Source of the DNA: an uncultured Chloroflexia bacterium
GTDB taxonomy: Bacteria > Chloroflexota > Chloroflexia > QHBQ01 > JADMIH01
Reading direction: 5' to 3'
DNA: 64,000 nt
NCBI GenBank assembly: GCA_963797095.1
Contig: CAWCNY010000003.1
Span: 704,001-768,000 of the forward strand
In this document: positions 50,001 to 58,900 of the stretch, piece by piece
Numbering within the stretch: position 1 is the stretch's first letter
How the letters are laid out: each line of letters begins with the position of its first letter
The notes under the pieces: generated by a model
What the model was told of the DNA's origin: nothing
The model's database searches: none
What the model saw: the letters and a program-made list of their open reading frames with translations, nothing else
Translations under genes and position numbers: made by a program

Positions 50001-50389
50001 GCCGGAACAAGGTCGTTGACCAGTGAGTCCAACGCGTGGCCCCACACCTGTTGCCCGCTGCCCCCATGCTGCAATATGGCGAGAGCGTTGCTGCCCGCTT
50101 CGGCGCTCGCCGCGAGACTCCGGCACGCGTGAACGAGGTGCACAAGAAACACCACCGGGTCATCGCACGCCATCTCGCCAACGGTATACCAGATGGTGGG
50201 GTAGCGGTCCTGTGCGGCAAAGGCGGCCAGCGCCGTGCTCTTGCCATAGCCCGCGCTTGCACTAACCACCGTCAGAGGATATTCGACAACGCTGGAGAGG
50301 AGATTGTCTAGCCGGTCACGTGCCAGCCAGCGCCGAGGCAGCCGAGGAGGCAGGAGCAGAGAACGAATCAGAATATCATCGCCATACAT
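47063..50389 (-). CDS. MalT-like STAND ATPase / TPR / BTAD transcriptional activator
   Basis: AGYGKST, LVLDDYH, GWAIALQL, YRYHPLF; C-terminal OmpR/BTAD (LDVEEF, EDWARDER). Confidence 0.9.
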   Translation of the reverse strand: MYGDDILIRSLLLPPRLPRRWLARDRLDNLLSSVVEYPLTVVSASAGYGKSTALAAFAAQDRYPTIWYTVGEMACDDPVVFLVHLVHACRSLAASAEAGSNALAILQHGGSGQQVWGHALDSLVNDLVPALDRETILVLDDYHKVGEHPDIRALIERLIETLPPLLHIVLSTRRRPQLDCLPTLRIRGELLEIGEEQLAFTVDETSRLFTSVYGQGLAEEEAPQVSEQTGGWAIALQLVWQSKQASVDTQQADSEGSVLGARSRDALFAYLAREVLARQPAKIRTFLLRSSVLSELEPAACDRVLGTNDSASQLEALYRQGLFLTASGSGAYRYHPLFHAFLQEHAAATLPEWDALHTQAAEYYREIRSGEQVMYHLLATGDVKGAALELEHWTPSWLGSGRLMTVLSWIDQIPADEIKAHPQLLIARGDAARLLARFDSARRAYEQAARIYQAQGDPTGQALALKGQAMVYIDTVQPAPAESLLRQAFRMLPQAEQAARTELLVLIAENRLNRGRADQALRLLDFGQRDTSQASRIEARALVRLGRLAEARSKLQAEMDREHESLPGNRPFEAHREVTLLLSLVGIMEGDPASALSYAQAGLDASRRLGSILFEAEARICAGHATQPAHPDEYRAINEHYLQAMVLADSLHVQHPKAEAYLGLALLHGFRGDLAAAQDAAREGLSIVERSGDEWTAAQLWTALGAVATANGAPDAEGYLDEALKRYRAGRDTYGQAVVHLWRSIRYYRKGDPKQAALFAIQAFELAQRHGYRGLLSNRTLFGPRDQMMLVPVLLAAREHPRWRVEAQALLNRAFPAVAADDATQTYNPGVTLKIQTLGPLRVWRGSEELGPHEWQRKKAQQMLALLVTNRERWLLREQICDMLWPEEGQSETEAQFKVTLNGLNAALEPLRPPRTPPFYVRRQGGAYRFCPPGGVWLDVEEFEARLDSARALRVRNTEYGIRDEANSDGADRAWAYYEELERAVELHQGAYLSDWLYEDWARDERERLEARYMEAATLLAEALLGRNELTEAIRLCESVLVRDPGWEDAYCVLMRAYARQGQRRMALATYERCVRNLREYLDIEPLPSTTRIYEDVKNDEWRVTGGE

Positions 50390-50493
50390 GGCATCGTGCT
50401 CCCGATAACCTTTACACTACGAGTTTATCAGAGGCTCCACCGGTTGTCAAAAGCTGAACTGATTTGTAACTGCCATCGGGTAACCTGAACGAG

Positions 50494-50874
50494 GTGGATA
50501 GGATACATAATCCGCAGGATGGAATAATGCCAGGAACCGACCAGACAACGGACTACCCTAAGCTCGACATCTATTTCATGCCGCAGCAATTGATGCTGCA
50601 AGCCTTCCAGGACTGGCAGCAGATTGTCAACCGGTACGCGCAGGACCTGCTGAGTAACCCGCAATTGCTGGACACCGGCGGAAAGACCCTGGAGAGCCTT
50701 GCGCAACTCAAGCGCCAGGCGGATCAGGCTATGGAAATGGCTCTCTCCTCCATGCACATCCCTACGCGAAGCGATATAGACCTGCTTCTTCAAAAGCTCA
50801 GCACACTGGAGAACCTCGTGCGCGACCTGAGCGATAAGGTGGACCAGGCGCTGGAGAAGGAGCTGGCGCTGTAA
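50494..50874 (+). CDS. Short PhaE-like / PHA-granule protein
   Basis: MHIPTRSDID.L..KL..LE coiled-coil tail; stop overlaps the phaC-like start. Confidence 0.65.
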   Translation: MDRIHNPQDGIMPGTDQTTDYPKLDIYFMPQQLMLQAFQDWQQIVNRYAQDLLSNPQLLDTGGKTLESLAQLKRQADQAMEMALSSMHIPTRSDIDLLLQKLSTLENLVRDLSDKVDQALEKELAL

Positions 50875-51896
50875 TGGCCGCGAGCTTCGACGCCGCGTTC
50901 AGGGAGATGTTGGAAGCCAGGTCCGCTTCGGTCGGACATACTCCCGCTGAGGTTGTGTACGCAGAGAACAAACTGCGCCTGCTCCACTACATGCCTGTGG
51001 TTGAGCAACTCGCGCCTGTGCCTTTGCTGATCGTGCCGTCGCTCCTCTACCGCTACTCGATCCTCGATCTCATGCCGGGCGCGAGCCTTGTCGCCTACCT
51101 TGTGGAGCATGGGATCGATGTCTACCTGCTCGACTGGGGCACGCCCGGACGCGAAGACCGCTACGTGACCTTCGACCAGTACATCAGCGGCTACTTGCGC
51201 CGCATAGTGCATCGTGTCCGGAGGTTTGCCCAGCAAGACCAGGTCAATCTACTGGGCTATGGGCTTGGCGGCACGCTGACCGCTATCTTCACCGCCCTCT
51301 TTGGGCGATACGTCGCCAACCTGGTGCAATTGGTGGCCCCGGTCAACTTCCATGACGAAGGTCTCATGTCACAGTGGACCCGCAAAGGCCGTTTCAACGT
51401 TGACCTCGTAGTGGATACGCTTGGCAGTATGCCGGTCGACCTGATGCGCGCCAGTTTCCGCATGCTCAAGCCCTCCACACAGATCGTGCAGAAGATAGCC
51501 CTGGCTACCCGCTTCGGCGACATGGATGGCGTCCAGGACTTCATGGCGCTGCAAAGCTGGCTGACCGACGATATGCCATACCTGGGGGAAGCCTATCGAA
51601 AATACATCAAGGACTGCTACCAGCAGAACTACCTAGTGCAAGGCAAGCTTCTCATAGATGGCGAGCGCGTGGATCTGTCGCGGGTCGCTTGCCCTGTGCT
51701 TACTATCGTAGCTTCCGGCGATCCCATTTGCCCACCTGCCTCGGCTGCTGTGCTGAACGATCTTGTTTCCAGCACGGATAAACAATTGCTCGAACTTCCA
51801 GGTGGGCATATCAGCGCGATAGCCGGGCGAAATGCGGCCCTGCATCTGTGGCCCAAACTTACAGAGTGGCTGCTTGCTCGCTCCCAAAGCGAGTAG
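50874..51896 (+). CDS. Class III PhaC-like protein lacking the catalytic Cys
   Basis: ILDL.PG.S, DVYLLDWG; lipase box GYGLGG (Cys to Gly); Asp (GDPICP) and His (GGHIS) retained. Confidence 0.85.
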   Translation: MAASFDAAFREMLEARSASVGHTPAEVVYAENKLRLLHYMPVVEQLAPVPLLIVPSLLYRYSILDLMPGASLVAYLVEHGIDVYLLDWGTPGREDRYVTFDQYISGYLRRIVHRVRRFAQQDQVNLLGYGLGGTLTAIFTALFGRYVANLVQLVAPVNFHDEGLMSQWTRKGRFNVDLVVDTLGSMPVDLMRASFRMLKPSTQIVQKIALATRFGDMDGVQDFMALQSWLTDDMPYLGEAYRKYIKDCYQQNYLVQGKLLIDGERVDLSRVACPVLTIVASGDPICPPASAAVLNDLVSSTDKQLLELPGGHISAIAGRNAALHLWPKLTEWLLARSQSE

Positions 51897-52073
51897 CCCA
51901 GAAAGGACCAAACTTTTACCCATTTTTGCAATATTCACCCATTTGTAACCCAGGTCAACCGGACTCTACACGCTCCTTTGCTACAGTTATCTTGAAATGC
52001 CCTGCAAGAGTTCGGTGCAGTAGCGCTCCGGTTGACTTGATGTTTTCAATAGCAACGAACAAGGAGGTTCGGG

Positions 52074-53261
52074 ATGGCAGAAGAACGAGAAGTTGTCGTG
52101 CTGAGTGGTGTTCGCACTCCGGTCGGCAAGTATGGTGGCAGTCTCAAAGACTTTTCGCCCAGCGACCTGGGTGCGATGGTCACGAAGGAGGCCGTGAAGC
52201 GCTCAGGCCTGGAGCTTAGCGAGATCGAGCATTCGATCTTCGGTAATATCCTCCACACCGAGGGCGGCGATATGTACATGGGGCGCATAATCGGGCTTAA
52301 GGCCGGTTTGCCGCTCGAGACGCCCGGCCTGACGGTCAACAGATTATGTGGAAGCGGCCTGCAAGCCATCGTCAGCGCATCTCATTACATCAGATTGGGC
52401 GATGCGACCACGGCAGTGGCGGGCGGGACCGAGGTGATGAGCCGTTCCCAGTACTGGCTCCCGGCCATGCGCTGGGGCGCTCGTATGAACGACAGCGCGG
52501 CGGTCGACTCCATGCTCGCTGTATTGACCGATCCGCTCGACGGCTGCCACATGGGCATCACCGCCGAGAGAATAGCAACAAAGTACAGCATCACCCGCGA
52601 AGAGCAGGATGCGCTGGCAGCCGAGAGCCATCGCCGGGCCGTCAATGCCATCGACAACGGCTATTTTAGAGAGCAAATCCTGCCTGTAGAGCTAAAGACC
52701 AAGGCGGGAGTAACCCTATTTGACACCGACGAAGGTCCGCGCCGCGAAGTCGATCCTATCGCTATGGCGAAGCTTCGCCCCGCCTTTGACCCGCAGGGCA
52801 CCGTTACAGCCGGCAATGCCTCCAGCATCAACGACGCCGCGGCTGCCGTGGTGCTGATGGAGCGCAAAGCGGCGGAGCAGAGAGGTCTCAGGCATATGGG
52901 CCGCCTCCTTGGGTCAGCAGTAGTGGGCGTAGACCCGAAATATATGGGCCTGGGCCCCGTGGAGGCAATTCGCAAAGTCCTCGACCGCACAGGGCTGACC
53001 ATAAAGGAAATGGACGTAATCGAGCTGAACGAGGCCTTTGCAGCACAGGCGCTCGGCGTGATTAAGGAGCTTGACCTGCCGATGGACAGGACGAACCCCA
53101 ATGGAAGCGGCGTCTCGCTCGGCCATCCGGTCGGCGCTAGCGGCGCAATCCTGACGATCAAAGCGCTCTACGAGTTGCACCGGATCGGCGGGCGATATGC
53201 TCTTGTTACTCTGTGCATAGGCGGCGGACAGGGTATCGCCGCGATTTTCGAGCGTAACTAA
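52074..53261 (+). CDS. phaA: Acetyl-CoA C-acetyltransferase (beta-ketothiolase, PhaA/BktB type)
   Basis: NRLCGSGLQ, NEAFAAQ, GHPVGASG, LCIGGGQG. Confidence 0.92.
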   Translation: MAEEREVVVLSGVRTPVGKYGGSLKDFSPSDLGAMVTKEAVKRSGLELSEIEHSIFGNILHTEGGDMYMGRIIGLKAGLPLETPGLTVNRLCGSGLQAIVSASHYIRLGDATTAVAGGTEVMSRSQYWLPAMRWGARMNDSAAVDSMLAVLTDPLDGCHMGITAERIATKYSITREEQDALAAESHRRAVNAIDNGYFREQILPVELKTKAGVTLFDTDEGPRREVDPIAMAKLRPAFDPQGTVTAGNASSINDAAAAVVLMERKAAEQRGLRHMGRLLGSAVVGVDPKYMGLGPVEAIRKVLDRTGLTIKEMDVIELNEAFAAQALGVIKELDLPMDRTNPNGSGVSLGHPVGASGAILTIKALYELHRIGGRYALVTLCIGGGQGIAAIFERN

Positions 53262-53327
53262 CCCTATACGCATTGCGGGCCAACAGTGATCCGCAATGCG
53301 TGATTTAACAAAAGGAGAACCAAGAAG

Positions 53328-53930
53328 ATGAGTCAAGCTCCTACTGATGGGTTGGGTCTTCTGGACCCATTTGGATTCTGGAAAACGGCACGCGATACCA
53401 ACCTGGAAGCCTGGTCCAAGTTTATGATCGATCTCGTAAACTCGGACGAGTATGCCCAGGCAACCGGCCTCGCTTTGGAACAGGCCCTGGCTACCTCTCA
53501 GCCTCTGAGGGATGCCATGGAGAGAACTATGACCCAGACGCTGAGCATGTTGAACATGCCCAGCCGCGCCGAGGTGATCAGCCTTGCTGATCGCTTGGTC
53601 AATGTCGAAATGCGCCTTGATGACCTGGACGCCAAGCTGACCACAGTTCAGAAGGCGCTGCAGGAAACAATCAAGAAGGCGATCCATGAGGCTATGCCGG
53701 CGCAAAACCCGCAGTTGAACAGCATAGAGGCCAAACTTGAGGCGATGGACGTCAAACATGATGCGCTCAAGAAAGTCGAGGCGCACCTGGTTGAGTTGAG
53801 CGCTAAGCTCGATGCGTTGCGGGTCCCCGTTGCCGCCGCCCCGGTAAACCGGCCTTCGGAAGCCCCCAAACCTGAGCCTAAACCCCGGCCCACCCAGCCT
53901 GCCGCCAGGAAAGACCAGGAGGCCAAGTGA
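53328..53930 (+). CDS. phaE: PhaE-like PHA synthase subunit
   Basis: LNMPSRAEV..L..RL..VE motif; overlaps the phaC start. Confidence 0.7.
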   Translation: MSQAPTDGLGLLDPFGFWKTARDTNLEAWSKFMIDLVNSDEYAQATGLALEQALATSQPLRDAMERTMTQTLSMLNMPSRAEVISLADRLVNVEMRLDDLDAKLTTVQKALQETIKKAIHEAMPAQNPQLNSIEAKLEAMDVKHDALKKVEAHLVELSAKLDALRVPVAAAPVNRPSEAPKPEPKPRPTQPAARKDQEAK

Positions 53931-55012
53931 TGGCTACCCACACACCTACACCCGACACCGAGACAATGAACTCCGATATCCAGCGGTTCATGAACAACTA
54001 CAGGACGCTGCTCCGAGTGAGCACAACCCGCTACCCGGTGGGCCAGACACCCAAAGAAACCGTCTGGACGCTCAACAAGGCCAAGCTATACAGGTATCTC
54101 CCGACAGTTCCCGTTACGAAGAAGCACAAGACACCCCTCTTGCTGGTGTTCGCTCTGATGAGCCGGGCATACATCCTCGACCTGAGACCGGGGGCCAGCT
54201 TCGTCGAATACATGGCGAACAAGGGGTACGACGTGTACTTGCTTGACTGGGGCGAGCCTGGTCACGAGGACAGGAACCTCAAGTTCGATGATTATGTGCT
54301 CGAATATCTGCCCCGCGCCGTCCGCAAGCTCAAGGAAGTGTCGGGGTCGGAGGAGTTTAGCATGCTTGGGTGGTGCATTGGCGCTATCCTCACCACATGC
54401 TACGCTTCATTGCGCCCTGATGATGGCTTGAAGAACATGGTGTTGCTTACAGCCCCCCTCGACTTCACCGCAAAGGATATAAGCGGCTTCAGTAAGTGGG
54501 TTGCCGAGGACTATTTGGACGTCGAAAGCATTATCACCGCCTTCGGCAATATGCCCCCTGACATGCTTGACGCAGGCGCAAAGCTCCTCAAGCCGGTCGA
54601 AAACTACGTCAGCAACTATATCCGCTTGCTCGACAACCTGGAGAACGAGAAGGTGGTTGATTCCTGGCATGCAATGGACACCTGGGTCAACGACCCGATC
54701 CCGATGCCCGGTGGCGTATTCCGCCAGCTTGTGAACGATTTCTTCCGTGGTAACCGCCTGGTAAAAGGCACGCTGACCATGCGTGGTGAGAGGGTGGACC
54801 TGGCGAATGTGAAGGCCAACCTCATCAATATCATCGCCGACGCAGACCACATAACACCTCCGTGCCATTCCGAGAACCTGTTGCCGGCATTCGGCAGCGA
54901 GGACAAAGAGATGGTGAGGATGAAGGCGGGGCACATTGGCCTTATGCTCAGCAGCACAGCCAACAGGATCACCTGGCCCCTGATCGAGGGCTGGCTCGAC
55001 AAGCGCGACTAA
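53927..55012 (+). CDS. phaC: Class III PHA synthase
   Basis: GQTPK, YILDLRPG, LGWCIG (Cys), ADHI (Asp), GHIG (His). Confidence 0.9.
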   Translation: MMATHTPTPDTETMNSDIQRFMNNYRTLLRVSTTRYPVGQTPKETVWTLNKAKLYRYLPTVPVTKKHKTPLLLVFALMSRAYILDLRPGASFVEYMANKGYDVYLLDWGEPGHEDRNLKFDDYVLEYLPRAVRKLKEVSGSEEFSMLGWCIGAILTTCYASLRPDDGLKNMVLLTAPLDFTAKDISGFSKWVAEDYLDVESIITAFGNMPPDMLDAGAKLLKPVENYVSNYIRLLDNLENEKVVDSWHAMDTWVNDPIPMPGGVFRQLVNDFFRGNRLVKGTLTMRGERVDLANVKANLINIIADADHITPPCHSENLLPAFGSEDKEMVRMKAGHIGLMLSSTANRITWPLIEGWLDKRD

Positions 55013-55080
55013 CAAGCTAAAGTGACCACAGATTACGAATTCTTGCTTCAAATTCGTGGTCCATGAGGGGAGTGTGAAAA

Positions 55081-55860
55081 ATGGGAATTAAGCTAGACAA
55101 CAAAGTAGCCGTAGTCACCGGTGGTGCTCTTGGCATCGGACGTGCCACGGTTATGGCCTTCGCCAAAGCAGGCGCTAAAGTAGCCATCTGGGACCTTGCC
55201 GAGAACGCGGGGCAGGCCCTGGTGGCCGAGATTCGCGACGAGGGCGGTAAAGCAGCTTTCTTCAAAGTCAATGTGGCCTCCCAGGCCGACGTGGAAGCCG
55301 CGGTCACTGCCACCATATTGCAGTTTGGCAAGGTAGATATCCTTGTGAATAACGCCGGCATCACGCGCGATGCTCAACTGGTCAGGATCAAAGACGGCCA
55401 GCTTATCGGCAAGATGAGCGAAGCCGAGTTCGACTCGGTCATAGCGGTAAACCTGAAAGGCGTATTCAACTGCACGCAGGCCGTGGTTCCTGCCATGATC
55501 GCGCAGGGCTACGGGCGCATCATCAGCGCTTCGTCGGTGGTCGGTCTGTACGGGAACTTCGGACAAACCAACTATGTGGCAGCGAAAGCTGGCGTTATCG
55601 GCATGACCAAAGTATGGTCACGAGAACTTGGTAAACGAGGTATCACCGTCAATGCTGTTGCGCCTGGCTATATAGTCACCGATATGACCAGGGCAATACC
55701 TGAGCAGGCCCAGCAGAAGCTGATTGCCTCTACACCCGTCGGACGCCCCGGCCAGCCGGAGGACGTGGCAAACGCGTACCTCTTCCTCGCCTCAGATGAG
55801 GCAAGCTTCATCAACGGCACAGTGCTGAACGTGGACGGCGGTATGGTTGCGGGAACCTGA
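55081..55860 (+). CDS. phaB: Acetoacetyl-CoA / 3-oxoacyl reductase (SDR)
   Basis: TGGALGIG, NNAGITRD, GNFGQTNYVAAK; PHA operon context (FabG-like). Confidence 0.8.
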   Translation: MGIKLDNKVAVVTGGALGIGRATVMAFAKAGAKVAIWDLAENAGQALVAEIRDEGGKAAFFKVNVASQADVEAAVTATILQFGKVDILVNNAGITRDAQLVRIKDGQLIGKMSEAEFDSVIAVNLKGVFNCTQAVVPAMIAQGYGRIISASSVVGLYGNFGQTNYVAAKAGVIGMTKVWSRELGKRGITVNAVAPGYIVTDMTRAIPEQAQQKLIASTPVGRPGQPEDVANAYLFLASDEASFINGTVLNVDGGMVAGT

Positions 55861-55966
55861 TCTGCACAGAATATGTGAGAACCGGTAGGTCTCGTTCCTG
55901 AGTTATGACCGGATATGGGTCACAATCACGAAGAACTAACATAAAACATCCCAAATTTTAGATGCA

Positions 55967-56063
55967 GCTTCGCATGCGTGCAATCTACTTCTAAAACAGG
56001 CAAAAATGGCGGCAATGCCGCCATTTTTGCCTGTTTTAGAATGCCCCTCCCCAGATTTTTGGG
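55967..56063. repeat. Dispersed palindromic element, copy 2 (hairpin 55989-56041)
   Basis: GCTTCGCATGCGTGCAATCT, then TTCTAAAACAGGCAAAAATGGCGGC-AAT-GCCGCCATTTTTGCCTGTTTTAGAA, then GCCCCTCCCCA. Confidence 0.8.
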
Positions 56064-56079
56064 CTTACAAGGGTAGGTT

Positions 56080-56225
56080 TCTGCAAAAGGGGGTGCAGGG
56101 GTACTCCCCTGACAGGGGGTTTGGGGGTGTCCCTCACACTTCCCCCACTATTTACTCTCCCCTCTCCCCGTATTCGGGGTGCCGACGAAGGAGGCGGAGG
56201 GCAGGGGGTGAGGGGTGTTAGCCTG
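56080..56225. repeat. REP-like GC-rich composite element
   Basis: GGGGGTGCAGGGGTACTCCCCTGACAGGGGGTTTGGGGGTGTCCC..CCCCTCTCCCC..GGGGGTGAGGGG. Confidence 0.6.
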
Positions 56226-56413
56226 TGCTCACCAGCGGCTCTTAAAGGAAAACCTACCCTTGAGAGTGTCAGGGGAGGGGTTGGGATGGGGTCTCGGGGC
56301 ATCCTGATGCTCTCCTACGCACGATTTCAAGATTTGGGATTACTCATGTTTAAGTATGGGAAATTGTGTATTGTTATGAGCATTGAGGAGGCCACATCCT
56401 ACCGAGCGCCGGG

Positions 56414-57298
56414 TTATTGCAGGTCCTGGCGAATAGCCTCGAACCATATTTGCGCTACCAGATCGTAGCCACTCGGATTGGGGTGGATACCGTCCTCGGC
56501 CAGGGTAGAGGGGTCGGTGAAGATAGTGGTATTGTAAAAATCAACCGTAGTGGCCCCATACTCCGCTGCCTTGGCGCGGATGACATCGTTGAAGGCGAGG
56601 GCGAGGTGCGACATGTGCGCTAAATCCTCCGGGGAGTAGCCGGCCCCATTAGGGTTCGTTGCGTAAGGGCGCAGCGACTGGTCGTCCAGCAGTGCGATGT
56701 AGACCCTGGCCCCCACCCCCGTCAACGAACGCAGGGTCGTATCGATATTGTTCGTGTACGTGGTCAGGTCCGAATCTTCCTGGTCGGGACCGTTGTTGTA
56801 CCAGAGGTCGTTACTGCCTATCCAGACAAGGGCGATCTGGGGGTTGGCCTGCAGGGCGGGGGGCAACTGGCCCTCGACCATCTGCTGAGAACTCCAACCC
56901 GACAAACCAAGGTTGAGGATTTGTGAGTTGGGCCTTATCTCATTGATAGACTTTTGGAGACGCGCCGGATACCCGCCCCCATCTCCAGGGTAGTCGCCAT
57001 CCCCCTGGGTCAGGCTGTCACCCAGCGCAACGATTGTGAGCGGCCCGTCCGGTATCGGAGCTGGAGTGGCAGGGGAAGACAAGGGTTGCGAGGGCGTAGA
57101 GGTCTCCTCAAGAGGGGGTAGGGTGGGTTCAATGGTGCTCTCAGGCGTAGGTTCGCCAGGCTCGGCGGGAGTTGAGGTTGCAGAAAGGTCAGGGGATGGG
57201 GTTGCGAGAGGAGGGTTAGTGGCAGGTACGGGTACGCTATCAGAGCAAGCCACGAGAAGCCCGCAGAGCAGGACAATAAGTATGGCACATGCGCGCAT
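56414..57298 (-). CDS. SGNH/GDSL hydrolase lipoprotein
   Basis: Lipobox LVAC, GDSLT, GSND, DGIHP. Confidence 0.9.
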   Translation of the reverse strand: MRACAILIVLLCGLLVACSDSVPVPATNPPLATPSPDLSATSTPAEPGEPTPESTIEPTLPPLEETSTPSQPLSSPATPAPIPDGPLTIVALGDSLTQGDGDYPGDGGGYPARLQKSINEIRPNSQILNLGLSGWSSQQMVEGQLPPALQANPQIALVWIGSNDLWYNNGPDQEDSDLTTYTNNIDTTLRSLTGVGARVYIALLDDQSLRPYATNPNGAGYSPEDLAHMSHLALAFNDVIRAKAAEYGATTVDFYNTTIFTDPSTLAEDGIHPNPSGYDLVAQIWFEAIRQDLQ

Positions 57299-57739
57299 GA
57301 TTCACCTCCCGTTTACATAGGCGCAATATCGGACAGGATAGTAGGCAATACTACAGTCCGATTACCTCGCCACTTCCAATGAAATCGCAGGCTTCCCCAG
57401 GGCGTTTCATTGATGGGACCACATAAACGCTATATTATGAAGTAGCGTTGTATGAAGAAGCGTTCGCCTGATTATACACGACTAAGCTACAACGCGTGCT
57501 CCTGAAATGCCTTCCTCTGAGCTTTCTCGCCCAGGTTCTATCTACAAACTCCGAAAAGGATGTGTTCCTGATCTGGAGCACGCGCAATAGCAATTAAGGC
57601 CAGTTCCTTCAACCACCACTGACTGTGAACGTGGAACGTTGGTTCGAAAGTAGGAAGGATAAGTACTTCATTGGGCATGAGCTTGGGGAGCCTGGGGCGT
57701 AACAGGTTTGAGGTAACGGGTAAGATATAGATACACGCC

Positions 57740-58663
57740 ATGAGACAGAGCGCGCTTGCAACAAAGACGATTAGCCGGCTTAGGGGGCTGAAAGCCATGC
57801 CGGGAGCCATGCCTCCGGCAGGGCTGGTGGTGCTCGGCATTGTGTCAGTGCAGATAGGGGCGGCGTTCGCCAAGACGCTCTTCCCGGCTGTGGGGCCTTA
57901 TGGAACCGTTTTCCTGAGGCTGGTTTTCGCCGCGCTGATTCTAATGATAGCCTGGCGACCGCGGGTACGCAGGCATGAGCTTGGGGAGCCTGGGGGCGGA
58001 CGCGACTATCTCCTGGTATTGCTCTTTGGATTGATCTTCGCGGCGATGAATACGAGCTTTTATGCGGCCATCGACCGTCTGCCTCTCGGGGTCGCAGTGA
58101 CGGTGGAGTTTGTAGGACCATTAGGTGTAGCGGTGTTCGGCTCCCGGAGGCTTCTACACCTGCTGTGGGCGGTACTGGCTGCGGGAGGGATCGTCTTGCT
58201 CACTCCGCTCACCGGAGTGAGCGGCATCCAGATCGACTCGTTGGGCCTCGCTCTTGCCCTCCTGGCGGGGCTTTGCTGGGCCGTATATATAGTGACCAGC
58301 GTGCGGGTGGGGCGGTCCTTCCCAGGTGGGACCGGGCTGGCGCTCGGCACGGCGATTGGCGCGGTGCTGGTGGCACCCATCGGCATCTGGCAGGGAGGCG
58401 AAAAACTGCTCGATTGGCCACTCCTGGCGACGGCCGCGGCCGTCGCGCTGCTGTCCTCGGTGATACCTTATTCCTTGGAATTGGAAGCGCTTAGGAAGCT
58501 GCCCGCAAGGGTGTTCGGCGTGCTGATGAGCATCGAGCCGGCAATCGCGGCCATAGTGGGGTTCGTCGTGCTTGGTGAGGCCCTGGGCGAGCGGGAGTTG
58601 CTAGCTATTGGGCTAATTACCGCAGCCAGCATAGGCGCTACCAGATTCAGGGCGGAAAGTTAG
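57740..58663 (+). CDS. EamA/DMT transporter (RhtA-like)
   Basis: SVQIGAAFAK.LFP, LPLGVAVTVEFVGPL, PYSLELEALR..FGVLMSIEPA. Confidence 0.9.
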   Translation: MRQSALATKTISRLRGLKAMPGAMPPAGLVVLGIVSVQIGAAFAKTLFPAVGPYGTVFLRLVFAALILMIAWRPRVRRHELGEPGGGRDYLLVLLFGLIFAAMNTSFYAAIDRLPLGVAVTVEFVGPLGVAVFGSRRLLHLLWAVLAAGGIVLLTPLTGVSGIQIDSLGLALALLAGLCWAVYIVTSVRVGRSFPGGTGLALGTAIGAVLVAPIGIWQGGEKLLDWPLLATAAAVALLSSVIPYSLELEALRKLPARVFGVLMSIEPAIAAIVGFVVLGEALGERELLAIGLITAASIGATRFRAES

Positions 58664-58900
58664 GGAAGAGAGAGCACTGTCTGGCTATGGTTTGCCGATA
58701 GAGCCTGGTGAGTGTTGTGAACTTGCAGCGGGGAGGCCAGACAACCCAATTGTGGTATGATATAGCTCACATATGTCGTTGTGCGACTGCCTCCGGTTCC
58801 TCGCAACCGAGGAATGTCACCGGCAATATCGTTGTGGATCAAGTGCCTTTCCGGTTACTGCCAGGTGTATTCGCCTGGTTGGGAACAAAGGAGATAGACG

